Positions 17,558 through 26,945 of a stretch of DNA of 64,000 nucleotides are shown piece after piece; the stretch's first letter is position 1; each line of letters starts with the position of its first letter. Position numbers and translations under genes: made by a program. Location of the stretch: the NCBI GenBank assembly GCA_031254195.1, contig JAIRUW010000060.1, forward strand, positions 1,778 to 65,777. The letters run 5' to 3'. This DNA comes from Oscillospiraceae bacterium (lineage in GTDB: Bacteria; Bacillota; Clostridia; Oscillospirales; UBA929). The notes under the pieces are model-generated. The model saw nothing but the letters and a program-made list of their open reading frames with translations. It made no database searches and was not told where the DNA came from.

Positions 17558-18400
17558 ATGAAAAATACAGGTCTTGGGCGCGGTTTAGGCGCGCTGCTGG
17601 GCGACGCGGCCATCCGCCCGCCCGAAAACAGCACGGTGGAGCTTCGCATAAGCGAAGTCGAGCCAAATTCCGCCCAGCCGCGCAAAGGCTTTGACGAGTC
17701 GGCACTGGCCGACCTGACCGAATCCATCCGCCAGCAAGGGATATTGATGCCGCTGTTGGTACGCCGGATGCCATCCGGCTCCTACCAGATCATCGCCGGG
17801 GAACGGCGCTGGCGCGCGGCCCGCGCGGCCGGACTGACGACAGTCCCCGCCATCGTCCACGACGCCGACGACCGCCGCGCTACCGAGCTGGCCCTAATCG
17901 AAAATCTCCAGCGCGAAGACCTCAACCCCATTGAAATCGCCGAGGGCTATAAGGCGCTGTCTGAGGAATACGGGCTGACGCAAGAGGAGATTTCCGAGCG
18001 GGTGGGGCGCAGCCGCCCTGCCATTGCCAACACCATGCGTATCCTATCCTTGTCAAAGACCATTTTGGACATGGTGCGCGGGGGGCGTTTGTCCGAGGGG
18101 CAGGCCCGTTCGCTGCTTCCGCTTTCCGGCCGTAAGGCGGTGGAAAAAGCCGCCCTGCAAATGGCCGACGGCGCTCTGACGGTGCGCCAGGGCGAGATGC
18201 TGGTCAAAAAACTGCTGGCGGAGCCTAAGACGGCGAAATCCAAGCCCTTGCGGCATGTAGGGGACTATGAGCGCGGCCTGACGGAACGCTGGGGGCGCAA
18301 GGTCATTGTATCCGGCGGCGTAAAAAAGGGTAAAATCGAGTTTGAATACTATGACGCGCGAGACTTAGAGGCCTTGGTCACACGATTGATGAAACCGTAG
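17558..18400 (+). CDS. spo0J: ParB/Spo0J chromosome partitioning protein
   Basis: 280 aa. ParB box IIAGERRWRAA and an HTH region. Confidence 0.9.
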   Translation: MKNTGLGRGLGALLGDAAIRPPENSTVELRISEVEPNSAQPRKGFDESALADLTESIRQQGILMPLLVRRMPSGSYQIIAGERRWRAARAAGLTTVPAIVHDADDRRATELALIENLQREDLNPIEIAEGYKALSEEYGLTQEEISERVGRSRPAIANTMRILSLSKTILDMVRGGRLSEGQARSLLPLSGRKAVEKAALQMADGALTVRQGEMLVKKLLAEPKTAKSKPLRHVGDYERGLTERWGRKVIVSGGVKKGKIEFEYYDARDLEALVTRLMKP

Positions 18401-18452
18401 GGGTGCGCATTGCGCGTCCGCGGACGGCCGGTGGCCGCCCCTGCGTTAAGGA

Positions 18453-19727
18453 GTGCAAATCATGCTGGACATCGCTTTTATCCGGCAAAATCCCGGCATA
18501 GTCAAAAAAGCAGCCGCCGACAAGCGAATACCGGTCGATGTTGACCGTCTGCTCGCGCTGGACACGGAATTGCGCGAAGGCGGGAAAAAGGCGGATACGC
18601 TGCGCGCCGAGCGGAATAAGCTGTCCAAAGAGATCCCGGCGCTGAAAGGCGACGAGCGCAACGCCCTTGTGGAGCGAGTGCGGCAAATCAAAGAGGAGTT
18701 GGCCGCCTTTGACGCCGGGACGGGTGACAAGCAAACGGAGTTTGACGGCCTGATGCTTCGCGTGCCGTCCGTCCCCGCCCCCGAAGTGCCTGTCGGCGCG
18801 GGTGAGGAGGACAATGTGGAGATTCGCCGGGTGGGGGAGATCCGTGAGTTTGATTTCACTCCCCGCGACCATGTGGAGCTTTGCGAGATGCACGACCTTT
18901 TGGATACCCAGCGCGGAGCCAAGGTGTCGGGCAGCCGGTTTTATTATCTGAAAAACGAAGCTGTTATCCTCGAAATGGCCATCTGCCGTTTTGTGATGGA
19001 TACCCTTCATAAGCGCGGGTTCACGCCGATGATCGTGCCGCATCTGGTACGCGAGGCCGCCATGCGCGGCACCGGCTACTTCCCCATCCTGTTTGACCAG
19101 GCCTATAAACTGCCCGAGGACGACCTCTTCCTGACCGGAACGAGCGAAGTCACTTTGGTGTCCTATCACGCGGATGAGATTCTTCCGCTTGAATCCCTCC
19201 CGCTGCGGTACGCGGGCTATTCCACCTGTTACCGCCGCGAGGCGGGGACATACGGCAAGGACACCCGCGGGCTGTACCGCGTCCACCAGTTCCAAAAGGT
19301 GGAGCAGGTCATCTTCTGCGAAGCCGACCATCAGAAGGCCGAAGCGCTGCACTATGAGATTTTGGGTAACGCGGAAGCGGTCATGCAAATGCTGGAGCTG
19401 CCCTACCGCGTCTGCCTTGCCTGCACCGGCGAGATTGGGCTGGGCCAGATACGCAAGCATGAAATAGAGACATGGATGCCCAGCCGCGAAGCCTACAGCG
19501 AGACCCATTCCTGCTCGACAATGGGCGATTTTCAGGCGCGGCGCGGCAACATCCGCTATCGCGCGGCGGACGGCGAGATGAGGGTTGCGTTCACACTCAA
19601 CAATACCGCCATCGCGTCCCCGCGCATCCTTATCCCGCTGCTGGAGGCGTATCAGAACGCCGACGGCAGCATAACGGTCCCCGAGGTTTTACGCCCGTAT
19701 ACGGGTTTTGATAAAATCGGGAGGTAA
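18453..19727 (+). CDS. serS: seryl-tRNA synthetase
   Basis: 424 aa. N-terminal coiled coil and class II core (GSRFYYLKNE, TGYFP). Confidence 0.9.
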   Translation: MQIMLDIAFIRQNPGIVKKAAADKRIPVDVDRLLALDTELREGGKKADTLRAERNKLSKEIPALKGDERNALVERVRQIKEELAAFDAGTGDKQTEFDGLMLRVPSVPAPEVPVGAGEEDNVEIRRVGEIREFDFTPRDHVELCEMHDLLDTQRGAKVSGSRFYYLKNEAVILEMAICRFVMDTLHKRGFTPMIVPHLVREAAMRGTGYFPILFDQAYKLPEDDLFLTGTSEVTLVSYHADEILPLESLPLRYAGYSTCYRREAGTYGKDTRGLYRVHQFQKVEQVIFCEADHQKAEALHYEILGNAEAVMQMLELPYRVCLACTGEIGLGQIRKHEIETWMPSREAYSETHSCSTMGDFQARRGNIRYRAADGEMRVAFTLNNTAIASPRILIPLLEAYQNADGSITVPEVLRPYTGFDKIGR

Positions 19728-19732
19728 GCGCT

Positions 19733-20809
19733 ATGCGGTTTATCAGCATAGAGCACGCGCAGGAGGGTATGATCGTCGGGCGCCCGCTTCGGGGGCGCAA
19801 CGGGGAGACTTTGCTGACCCCAGGCACGGCTTTGAAAGGCACGTTCATTGAAACCATCAAACGCCTCCGCTACTCCGGCCTTTACATACAGGACGAGTTT
19901 TCCGAAGGCATCGAGGTGGAGGACATCATCACCGATGACCTTCGCCAAAACGCCGTTTTGGCGGTGCGCCGGCTGGAGGCGGATATGGTTTCAGGGTCGT
20001 CGCGCGGCTTTGGCTCCCAGATCGAAGCATTTGCCGGGTTTATCGACGACATTATAGAAAGCGTTTTATCCAACAAGGATACCGTAATGAACCTTGTCGA
20101 TCTCAAAATCTTCGACCAGTATACATATCAGCACAGCGTCAATGTCTGCGTTCTCAGCTCCGTCATCGGCGTCGCCATGGGACTTGACCGCGCGCAGCTC
20201 TTCAACCTCGGCATGACCGCTATCCTCCATGACCTCGGCAAGTTCTTCATCGACAAAGAGCTGCTGAACAAGCCGGGGCGGCTGACAGGCGAGGAGTTTG
20301 CCGTCATCAAGAAGCACCCCGAAATGGGTTGCGACTATTTGCGGCGGAACTGCTACTATTCCTCCTCCATTTATATCGGCGTCCTTCAGCACCACGAACG
20401 TTACAACGGGACGGGTTACCCCCACGGACGGAGCGGCTCCGACATCCATATCTTCGGCCGCATCATCGCCGTAGCCGACGTGTACGACGCCATCACCTCC
20501 CTCCGCCCCTATCACGAGCCGGTCCTGCCCAGCGAGGCGCATGAGTATATCATGGGCAACTCGGGCCAGCATTTCGACCCCGATGTGGCCGGGGTGTTCA
20601 TCCGTAAGATCGCGCCGTTCCCCGAAGGTGTGGAAGTCCTGCTCAGCAACGGGCTGCGCGGTGTGGTATATAAAAACTATCCCGAATTTATGACCCGTCC
20701 GTTGATCAAGCTCCTGCCGATTGAAGGGTATACCCCCAAGGTGGAGTTTATTGACCTCAAAGACGATTCCTCCCTGTTCAACGTCACCATTACAAAGGTG
20801 TTCACATGA
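19733..20809 (+). CDS. HD-GYP domain protein (putative c-di-GMP phosphodiesterase)
   Basis: 358 aa. HDLGK ... HHERYNGTGYPHG motif. Confidence 0.8.
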   Translation: MRFISIEHAQEGMIVGRPLRGRNGETLLTPGTALKGTFIETIKRLRYSGLYIQDEFSEGIEVEDIITDDLRQNAVLAVRRLEADMVSGSSRGFGSQIEAFAGFIDDIIESVLSNKDTVMNLVDLKIFDQYTYQHSVNVCVLSSVIGVAMGLDRAQLFNLGMTAILHDLGKFFIDKELLNKPGRLTGEEFAVIKKHPEMGCDYLRRNCYYSSSIYIGVLQHHERYNGTGYPHGRSGSDIHIFGRIIAVADVYDAITSLRPYHEPVLPSEAHEYIMGNSGQHFDPDVAGVFIRKIAPFPEGVEVLLSNGLRGVVYKNYPEFMTRPLIKLLPIEGYTPKVEFIDLKDDSSLFNVTITKVFT

Positions 20810-21474
20810 CCGTCCGCACGGCTTTCCCCGCCGCCGAAGCCTATATGCGCTCGTGCATGAGCGACAGCGCCCATGACACGGAGCATGTATACCGTGTTTT
20901 GAACTACGCTCTTGATATAGCGGGGCATGAAGGCGGGGCGGATACGAATATCCTCACGATGGCGTGCCTGCTGCACGATGTCGGGCGGGCGGAGCAGTTC
21001 GCCGACCCCGGTGTTGACCATGCCGTTTGCGGCGCGGAAAGGGCATCTCTATGGTTGGTTCAGAACGGCTATCCGGCTGATTTCGCGGACGCGGTCAAAG
21101 CCTGCATACAGACGCACCGCTTCCGTTCGGACAGCCCGCCGCAAAGCCTTGAGGCGAAGATTTTGTTTGACGCGGATAAGCTGGACGTCTGCGGCGCCGT
21201 CGGGATTGCCCGCACCCTATTTTATCAGGCGCATGTGTCCGAGCCTCTGTATTTGCTCGACGAAAACGGCGGCGTATCCGACGGGGCAAACGATACCGAG
21301 CCTTCATTCTGCAAGGAATATCGGTTCAAACTGATAAAAATGTATGATAACTTCTACACCAAGCGCGGATCGGAGCTTGCCGCGAAACGAAAAGCCGCCG
21401 CCGAGCAGTTCTATCGCGCCCTGCTTGATGAAACACGGGAGTGCTATAATCCAGATAGAATTGCTCTATTTTAG
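20806..21474 (+). CDS. HD-domain phosphohydrolase
   Basis: 222 aa. H..HDVGR ... DADKLD motifs. ATGA overlap with the previous gene. Confidence 0.7.
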   Translation: MTVRTAFPAAEAYMRSCMSDSAHDTEHVYRVLNYALDIAGHEGGADTNILTMACLLHDVGRAEQFADPGVDHAVCGAERASLWLVQNGYPADFADAVKACIQTHRFRSDSPPQSLEAKILFDADKLDVCGAVGIARTLFYQAHVSEPLYLLDENGGVSDGANDTEPSFCKEYRFKLIKMYDNFYTKRGSELAAKRKAAAEQFYRALLDETRECYNPDRIALF

Positions 21475-21486
21475 GAGCAATGGGAT

Positions 21487-21735
21487 GTGGCTAAAATGCA
21501 AAGCATTAAAGTGGGGAAGGCTCTCGGTGCAAATATCCGACGAAAGAGAAAGGCACAAAGGCTTACACAGGATCAACTCTCAGCGCGTTTGCAAGTCCTT
21601 GATTGTGATTTATCTCGTAGCACTGTAGCTAAAATCGAAGTGGGGATCAGGCATTTATCAGCTAAAGAGCTGCAATCCATAAAGACAGTGCTTGATATGT
21701 CTTACGAAGAATTTTTTGAAAATTTAGACATTTGA
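21487..21735 (+). CDS. XRE-family HTH regulator
   Basis: 82 aa. LTQDQLSARL...STVAKIEVG helix-turn-helix. Confidence 0.7.
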   Translation: MAKMQSIKVGKALGANIRRKRKAQRLTQDQLSARLQVLDCDLSRSTVAKIEVGIRHLSAKELQSIKTVLDMSYEEFFENLDI

Positions 21736-21784
21736 AACTCCGTCACGTAAGTATGGCGGGGTTGCGTTTTGTGAGGTGATTAGA

Positions 21785-22003
21785 GTGTATGAGCGGATTC
21801 GTAACTTGCGGGAGGATAGAGATATTTCTCAGCGGGAACTCAGTGCCATACTTGGAATGTCACAAACAGGATACTCAAAATATGAAACAGGCGAAAATGA
21901 TGTTCCTACGGCTATTTTGAAAGCATTGGCATTATTCCACGGAACAAGTGTAGACTATATCCTAGGCATGACGGATGAAACAACGCCATACCCTTCAAAA
22001 TAG
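21785..22003 (+). CDS. XRE-family HTH regulator
   Basis: Track ORF 21776-22003. GTG 21785 has a GAGGTGA RBS. ISQRELSAILGMSQTGYSKYETG HTH. Confidence 0.7.
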   Translation: MYERIRNLREDRDISQRELSAILGMSQTGYSKYETGENDVPTAILKALALFHGTSVDYILGMTDETTPYPSK

Positions 22004-22020
22004 CTGCTCTGTTCTCAATA

Positions 22021-22052
22021 CCCCCTGTCCCGAATAGGTTTGGGACAGGGGG
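22021..22052 (+). terminator. hairpin terminator after XRE pair
   Basis: CCCCCTGTCCC-N10-GGGACAGGGGG followed by TTGTT. Confidence 0.55.
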
Positions 22053-22060
22053 TTGTTCCA

Positions 22061-23401
22061 TTGAGACAAAAAAACGCCGCGTGGCACGGCGCGCTTCTGC
22101 TGACGGCGGTCAGCCTGTTTTCGCAGATACTGGCCTTCTTTTACCGCGTATGGCTCGCGCGGCTGATCAGTGCGGAGGCCATCGGGCTATACCAGCTTGT
22201 CATCCCCGCTTACGCCATCATCATGAGTCTGTGCGTGTCGGGCTTCACGGTGGCGGTGTCGCGCCTGACAGCGTCTTACGCCGCGCTGGGCCGCACCCGC
22301 GCCATCCGGCAGGCCGTCAACACGGCCCGGGCGGGGTACCTTGTCATGGTCTTGGCGGTGTCGCTGGTTATCATACCGTTGTCCGACACCATTTCCGTCA
22401 CACTGCTGGGCGATGCGCGCTGCCGCCTGGGGCTGATTCTGCTGCTGCCATGTATTGTACTGACCGGCTGGGAGAATGTACATAAAAACTATTTTTACGG
22501 GCGCAAGAATGTCATCCCGCCTTCCATATCCGAGGTGCTGGAACAGACCGTCCGCGTGGCGTCCATCCTGGGTCTGCTGCTCTTCTTCAGTCCCGCCTAT
22601 GAAGAGACGCAGGTGGGGCTGATTGTACTGGGCATGGTCATCAGCGAGGTCGTCAGCGCCGCGCTTTTGACCGTTTTATACAGGCGCGACAAACGCCGGT
22701 GGCCCGTCCCCGCCCCAGAGGATACGCATGAGCCGGATATGCTGGGCACGGTACGCAAAATCGCCGTCCCGGTGGCGGCGGCCAACCTCCTCACAAACCT
22801 CATTGGCTCGGCCAACTCCATCATCATCCCCGGGCGGCTGATCATCTCCGGCGTTGATTCCTCCGAAGCGCTGAGCGCGTTCGGCATAGCGTTCGGTATG
22901 ACGATGCCGCTGCTCTTGCTGCCGCTGGTATTCTCCGGCTCCATCGGCACCGTGATGCTTCCCCGGCTCGCCGAAAACGCTGCCGTGCGGGATTTCGCCG
23001 CCATACGCCGGCAGATTAAAACCGCGCTGCTTGCCGCCGCCGCCGCCGTGTCACTGTGTACCGCCATCTTGATTCCTTTCGGCGCGGACATCGCGCGGAC
23101 GCTGTTTCAAAATCCCGATGCGGGGCGGTATATGGTCCCGCTCGCTGTCGCCACCGTTTTTATCTGCTTTGAAACCTTGCTCGGCACCTTCCTCAACGCT
23201 CTTGGCAAACAGAAGGACACAGCCGCCAATTTTATATTCGCGGGAATCGTGCAGCTTGTCCTGACTTGGTGGGGCGTAGGGCTGTCCGAGCTGCGCCTCG
23301 GCGGTTTCGTGCTGGCGTATATCGCCGGCGGTGTGATGGGGTCCGCGCTGTGCGCGTGGGATCTGTGGCAGGCGGTACGCGAAGAATCCGGCGAATCATA
23401 G
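22061..23401 (+). CDS. polysaccharide/lipid II flippase-family membrane protein (SpoVB/MurJ-like, MOP superfamily)
   Basis: About 12-14 TM segments. The track start TTG 22040 lies inside the terminator hairpin, so in-frame TTG 22061 is preferred. Start uncertain. Confidence 0.6.
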   Translation: MRQKNAAWHGALLLTAVSLFSQILAFFYRVWLARLISAEAIGLYQLVIPAYAIIMSLCVSGFTVAVSRLTASYAALGRTRAIRQAVNTARAGYLVMVLAVSLVIIPLSDTISVTLLGDARCRLGLILLLPCIVLTGWENVHKNYFYGRKNVIPPSISEVLEQTVRVASILGLLLFFSPAYEETQVGLIVLGMVISEVVSAALLTVLYRRDKRRWPVPAPEDTHEPDMLGTVRKIAVPVAAANLLTNLIGSANSIIIPGRLIISGVDSSEALSAFGIAFGMTMPLLLLPLVFSGSIGTVMLPRLAENAAVRDFAAIRRQIKTALLAAAAAVSLCTAILIPFGADIARTLFQNPDAGRYMVPLAVATVFICFETLLGTFLNALGKQKDTAANFIFAGIVQLVLTWWGVGLSELRLGGFVLAYIAGGVMGSALCAWDLWQAVREESGES

Positions 23402-23402
23402 A

Positions 23403-23429
23403 GCAGGGGCGGCCTTTGGCCGTCCGTGG
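23403..23429. repeat. REP-like hairpin repeat (copy 3)
   Basis: GCAGGGGCGGCCTTTGGCCGTCCGTGG. Confidence 0.8.
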
Positions 23430-23450
23430 ATTATGATCGCAAATTTAGGG

Positions 23451-23498
23451 TTGACAAGGAGAATCATCCCTGCTATTATAAATACATGTTGTATGTAT
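23451..23498 (+). promoter_or_regulatory. TetR gene promoter (TTGACA-17-TATTAT) plus palindromic operator ATACATGTTGTATGTAT
   Basis: The inverted repeat ATACAT/ATGTAT sits immediately after the -10. Confidence 0.55.
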
Positions 23499-23522
23499 GA
23501 TGGCGTTGCGGAGGTGATTTTC

Positions 23523-24173
23523 GTGCCCCGAAACAAATACCCCGAAGAAACTGTCAAAAAGATTTTAGACGTTTCATTGAAGCTGTTTCTTGAAAAAGGC
23601 TATGAGCAAACCACCGTCCTTGACATCGTAGATAACCTTGGCGGACTGACCCGCGGCGCGTTTTACCACCATTTCAAGTCTAAAGAAGAAGTGCTGACAG
23701 CCATATTTGAAAATGAATACGCGGAGTGCAACCCCTTTGTAAAGGCGAAACAAATGAACGCCGCCAATGGCTTGGAACGCTTAAAGCTCGCCTTGAAGTT
23801 GGGACTTAACAACAACATCGAAAACGAACAGCGCAAAGCAATGACCAGCATGGCTCACTCCCTGATGTCAAACCCACGCTTCTTGGCTGAACACATAAAA
23901 GGCATCCAACAGGACTCGAAAGACTTGGCTTTGATCATGGAAGAAGGCATGGCGGACGGTTCTTTGAAGCAAGGCAACGCAAAAGTGCTTGCGGAGTTAT
24001 TTATGCTGCTTTCAAATGTTTGGATGTTGCCGGGGATATTCCCGGCCGACGAGGATGAAATGATTCTAAAACTCACTATGCTTGAGGAGATTTTTGTGGC
24101 ATTGGGCTATAACTTCATCGAGGATGAAATGGGACACACATTTTTCGAGATATTGGACACATTAGAAGTCTAA
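23523..24173 (+). CDS. TetR/AcrR-family transcriptional regulator
   Basis: GTG start behind GGAGGTG. TVLDIVDNLGGLTRGAFYHHFKSKEE HTH signature. Confidence 0.8.
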   Translation: MPRNKYPEETVKKILDVSLKLFLEKGYEQTTVLDIVDNLGGLTRGAFYHHFKSKEEVLTAIFENEYAECNPFVKAKQMNAANGLERLKLALKLGLNNNIENEQRKAMTSMAHSLMSNPRFLAEHIKGIQQDSKDLALIMEEGMADGSLKQGNAKVLAELFMLLSNVWMLPGIFPADEDEMILKLTMLEEIFVALGYNFIEDEMGHTFFEILDTLEV

Positions 24174-24219
24174 GCATACGCACACCTGCCCGATAAGGGC
24201 ATTTTTTCCACAGCTATAC

Positions 24220-24236
24220 ATACATGGTGCGTGTAT
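24220..24236 (+). promoter_or_regulatory. second operator-like palindrome ATACATGGTGCGTGTAT
   Basis: Same ATACA..TGTAT half-sites as 23482-23498, 30 nt upstream of the ABC ATPase gene. Confidence 0.4.
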
Positions 24237-24266
24237 TTATAAACAATAAAGCAAAGGAGTCATCGT

Positions 24267-25037
24267 ATGGAAAGTATCATATCGGTATCATCGCTGAAAA
24301 AATCGTTCAAAAGCAACCATGTCCTGAACGACGTTAGCTTCAAAATCCCAAAAGGCAGCGTCTTTGCCCTTCTGGGTTCAAACGGCGCGGGGAAAACCAC
24401 CATCGTAAAAATCCTGTCCACCCTATTGAAACCGGATGGCGGCAGCGCCTTAATCTGCGGCTACGATGTAGTACGTCAAGGAGATTATGTGCGAGGGTGT
24501 ATCAGCCTGACAGGCCAGTTCGCGGCGGTGGACGAGGTGTTGACGGGCAGAGAGAACCTAAAATTGATCGGACAGCTGAAACGCCTGCCCGATGGTAAAA
24601 ACAAGGTGGACGAGTGGCTGAGATTTTTCGATTTAGAGGACGCGGCAAACCGCCAAGTGTCTACCTATTCGGGGGGTATGCGCCGCAGATTGGATATAGC
24701 CATGAGCCTGATGGACAGCCCGCAGGTGCTTTTCCTCGACGAACCCACCACGGGGCTTGACCCGCAAAACCGCATCGCCATGTGGGATTTGGTAAAGGGC
24801 TTAGTATCTGAGGGAACGACGGTGTTTCTCACCACGCAGTATTTAGAAGAAGCGGAGTATTTGGCCGACAATATCGCCATTCTTCACGGCGGCAAAATCA
24901 TTGCGGAGGGAACAACAGAGGAACTGCGAAAACTGCTTCCGCCGGCGAAAAAAGAATACATCGAAAAGCAACCGTCGCTTGAGGAAGTATTCCTCGCGCT
25001 GATTGGCGAGAAAAAGGAAGGTGGACATCATGAGTAA
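24267..25037 (+). CDS. ABC transporter ATP-binding protein (DrrA/ABC-2 type)
   Basis: 256 aa. Walker A GSNGAGKTT, signature YSGGMRRRL, Walker B LFLDEP. Confidence 0.85.
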   Translation: MESIISVSSLKKSFKSNHVLNDVSFKIPKGSVFALLGSNGAGKTTIVKILSTLLKPDGGSALICGYDVVRQGDYVRGCISLTGQFAAVDEVLTGRENLKLIGQLKRLPDGKNKVDEWLRFFDLEDAANRQVSTYSGGMRRRLDIAMSLMDSPQVLFLDEPTTGLDPQNRIAMWDLVKGLVSEGTTVFLTTQYLEEAEYLADNIAILHGGKIIAEGTTEELRKLLPPAKKEYIEKQPSLEEVFLALIGEKKEGGHHE

Positions 25038-25800
25038 GCCAAAAACAAATGTGCTTTACGATTCGTGGGTCATGTTCAAGCGTTGTTTGCTGATTGCCAT
25101 GCGAAACCCCGAAGCGCTGGCTATGGCGACAATCACACCTTTCGCTTTAATGTTTCTGTTTGGGACTGTGTTCGGAAGCATTGCGAATGTAGGAGACTTC
25201 AATTACATAGATTTCATAGTGCCAGGGATTATTCTGCAAAGCGTTGCCCAAGCGGCTCAGTATTCGGCCATCAATGTGACCACAGATATGACCAAGGGCA
25301 TCATTGACCGTTTTCGTTCTATGCCCATCTCAAAATCCGCCGTGCTGACAGGCCATACCGGCGCGGGAGTGGCGAGAAACACGATTACGACCACCGTTAT
25401 CATTGGCACCGCTTTCATTATAGGATTCAGGCCGCAAGCCGGGTTTATGGACTGGCTTATGATTGTGGGCTTTCTCTTGCTGATCATCATCGCGATGTCA
25501 TTGATCGCCGTACTCTGCGGGCTTATTTCAAAGACGCCGGAAGGCACCAGCGGATTGATGTTTCCGCTCTTTATCCTGCCTTTTGTAAGCTCAGGCTTCG
25601 CGCCCACCGAAACCATGCCCCGCGGTCTTAGCTGGTTTGCAGAAAATCAACCCATGACGCCGATTATTGATACCATTCGCAATTTGATGCTCGGTTTGCC
25701 TGCGGACAACAGTTTATGGATTGCTTTGGCTTGGTGCGTGGGTATAATCGTTGCGGCTTTCGTTGCGGCGGCACAGATTTATAGGCGTAAATTGCAGTAA
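25030..25800 (+). CDS. ABC-2 type transporter permease
   Basis: Start trimmed to MSKPKTN (overlaps the ATPase stop). 6 TM segments. Confidence 0.75.
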   Translation: MSKPKTNVLYDSWVMFKRCLLIAMRNPEALAMATITPFALMFLFGTVFGSIANVGDFNYIDFIVPGIILQSVAQAAQYSAINVTTDMTKGIIDRFRSMPISKSAVLTGHTGAGVARNTITTTVIIGTAFIIGFRPQAGFMDWLMIVGFLLLIIIAMSLIAVLCGLISKTPEGTSGLMFPLFILPFVSSGFAPTETMPRGLSWFAENQPMTPIIDTIRNLMLGLPADNSLWIALAWCVGIIVAAFVAAAQIYRRKLQ

Positions 25801-25907
25801 GGGAAAGCGATACTCGAAAAACACACATGACCAGAGTCATATTGACTTTCTTCAATGTATCAGGTACACTGTTGCCATCTTGAAACAAGAAACGCGGGGT
25901 GCTGTGA

Positions 25908-26945
25908 ATGAGTGGGAATTGCTGTACAAGGAGTAGCTGTTGCTCGGGTAGTGCAGAAATCATACCGACTGTTTCAACATCTTTGTCGATTGGCGACATC
26001 ATCGGCGGGTGGAAAGCGCGTTGGGGTATCGGTCGGATGGATTACAAAGTCAAACCGGGGCTATACGCCGTTGGGAAGCCGGATGGCGATTCGCCCGTTT
26101 TGGTGAGTGCAAACTACAAGCTGACATTTGACATACTGCGGAAGAACCTGACCAGCTTGGATTGCTGGCTGTTGATTCTCGACACCAAGGGTATTAACGT
26201 GTGGTGTGCGGCGGGCAAGGGTACGTTCGGTACAGATGAATTGGTCAATCGCATAGAAGCGACAAGGCTTGCTGATGTGGTATCGCATAGAAAGCTGATA
26301 CTGCCGCAGCTTGGCGCGTCCGGGGTGAGCGCCCATGAGGTGGCGAAGCGGATGGGGTTTACCGTCACTTACGGCCCGGTGCGGGCAGAAGATATAAAGG
26401 CTTTTGTGGACGCCGGATATAAGGCCACTAAAGAGATGCGGACGGTGGAGTTTACGTTCAAAGACAGAATTGTGTTGACGCCGATGGAGTTAGTCCCGGC
26501 TGTTCAAATGGCGTTGCCTGTTCTCGGCGCTTTGTTTCTAACAAATCAGTTCGCCGCGAGGCCGTTTGACAAAAAAGATGTTACTGCATATCTCGGTGCT
26601 GTTCTCACTGGAGCTGTTGTTACACCGGCATTGCTCCCGCACATCCCCGGAAAGGCTTTCGCGTGGAAAGGCTGGCTGTTGGGATTAGGTTGGACGGCGG
26701 GTTACTTGGGGCTGTCTAAGCGCTTCAAAAAGGAAGATAGGCTCATGTCGGTGGGCGAACTGTTATTGATGCCTGCCGTATCATCCTTCCTCGCCATGAA
26801 CTTCACAGGTTCGTCCACCTATACATCACCGTCCGGCGTCAAAAAGGAAATGAAACGGGCATTGCCTTTGATTATCGGCTCTGCCGCCGTTGGCGGCGCG
26901 CTGATGCTCGGCGTTCATCTGTTTTTTCGGAGGAAAGCGAAATGA
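25908..26945 (+). CDS. hgcA: mercury methylation corrinoid protein HgcA
   Basis: 345 aa. Cap-helix signature GINVWCAAGKGTFGT, followed by a C-terminal multi-TM domain. Immediately followed by hgcB. Confidence 0.8.
   Translation: MSGNCCTRSSCCSGSAEIIPTVSTSLSIGDIIGGWKARWGIGRMDYKVKPGLYAVGKPDGDSPVLVSANYKLTFDILRKNLTSLDCWLLILDTKGINVWCAAGKGTFGTDELVNRIEATRLADVVSHRKLILPQLGASGVSAHEVAKRMGFTVTYGPVRAEDIKAFVDAGYKATKEMRTVEFTFKDRIVLTPMELVPAVQMALPVLGALFLTNQFAARPFDKKDVTAYLGAVLTGAVVTPALLPHIPGKAFAWKGWLLGLGWTAGYLGLSKRFKKEDRLMSVGELLLMPAVSSFLAMNFTGSSTYTSPSGVKKEMKRALPLIIGSAAVGGALMLGVHLFFRRKAK

Noticed and set aside
18378-19508. 376-aa minus-strand ORF
   Set aside because: It is the antisense shadow of serS. The same reasoning applies to 59543-60511 (hydB), 7152-7946 (NYN gene), 31295-32173 (zinc-ribbon gene), 12879-13736 (ligase) and 47485-48228 / 48281-48868 (rplP/rpsC).
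22040-22060. TTG start of flippase ORF at 22040
   Set aside because: It lies inside the terminator hairpin 22021-22052. In-frame TTG 22061 is preferred, though the true start remains uncertain.
25908-26945. HgcA considered as an acetyl-CoA pathway corrinoid Fe-S protein (CFeSP/AcsC-like)
   Set aside because: The Cys-containing cap helix NVWCAAGK, the C-terminal transmembrane domain and the adjacent HgcB-type ferredoxin all fit HgcA. No other Wood-Ljungdahl genes are nearby.
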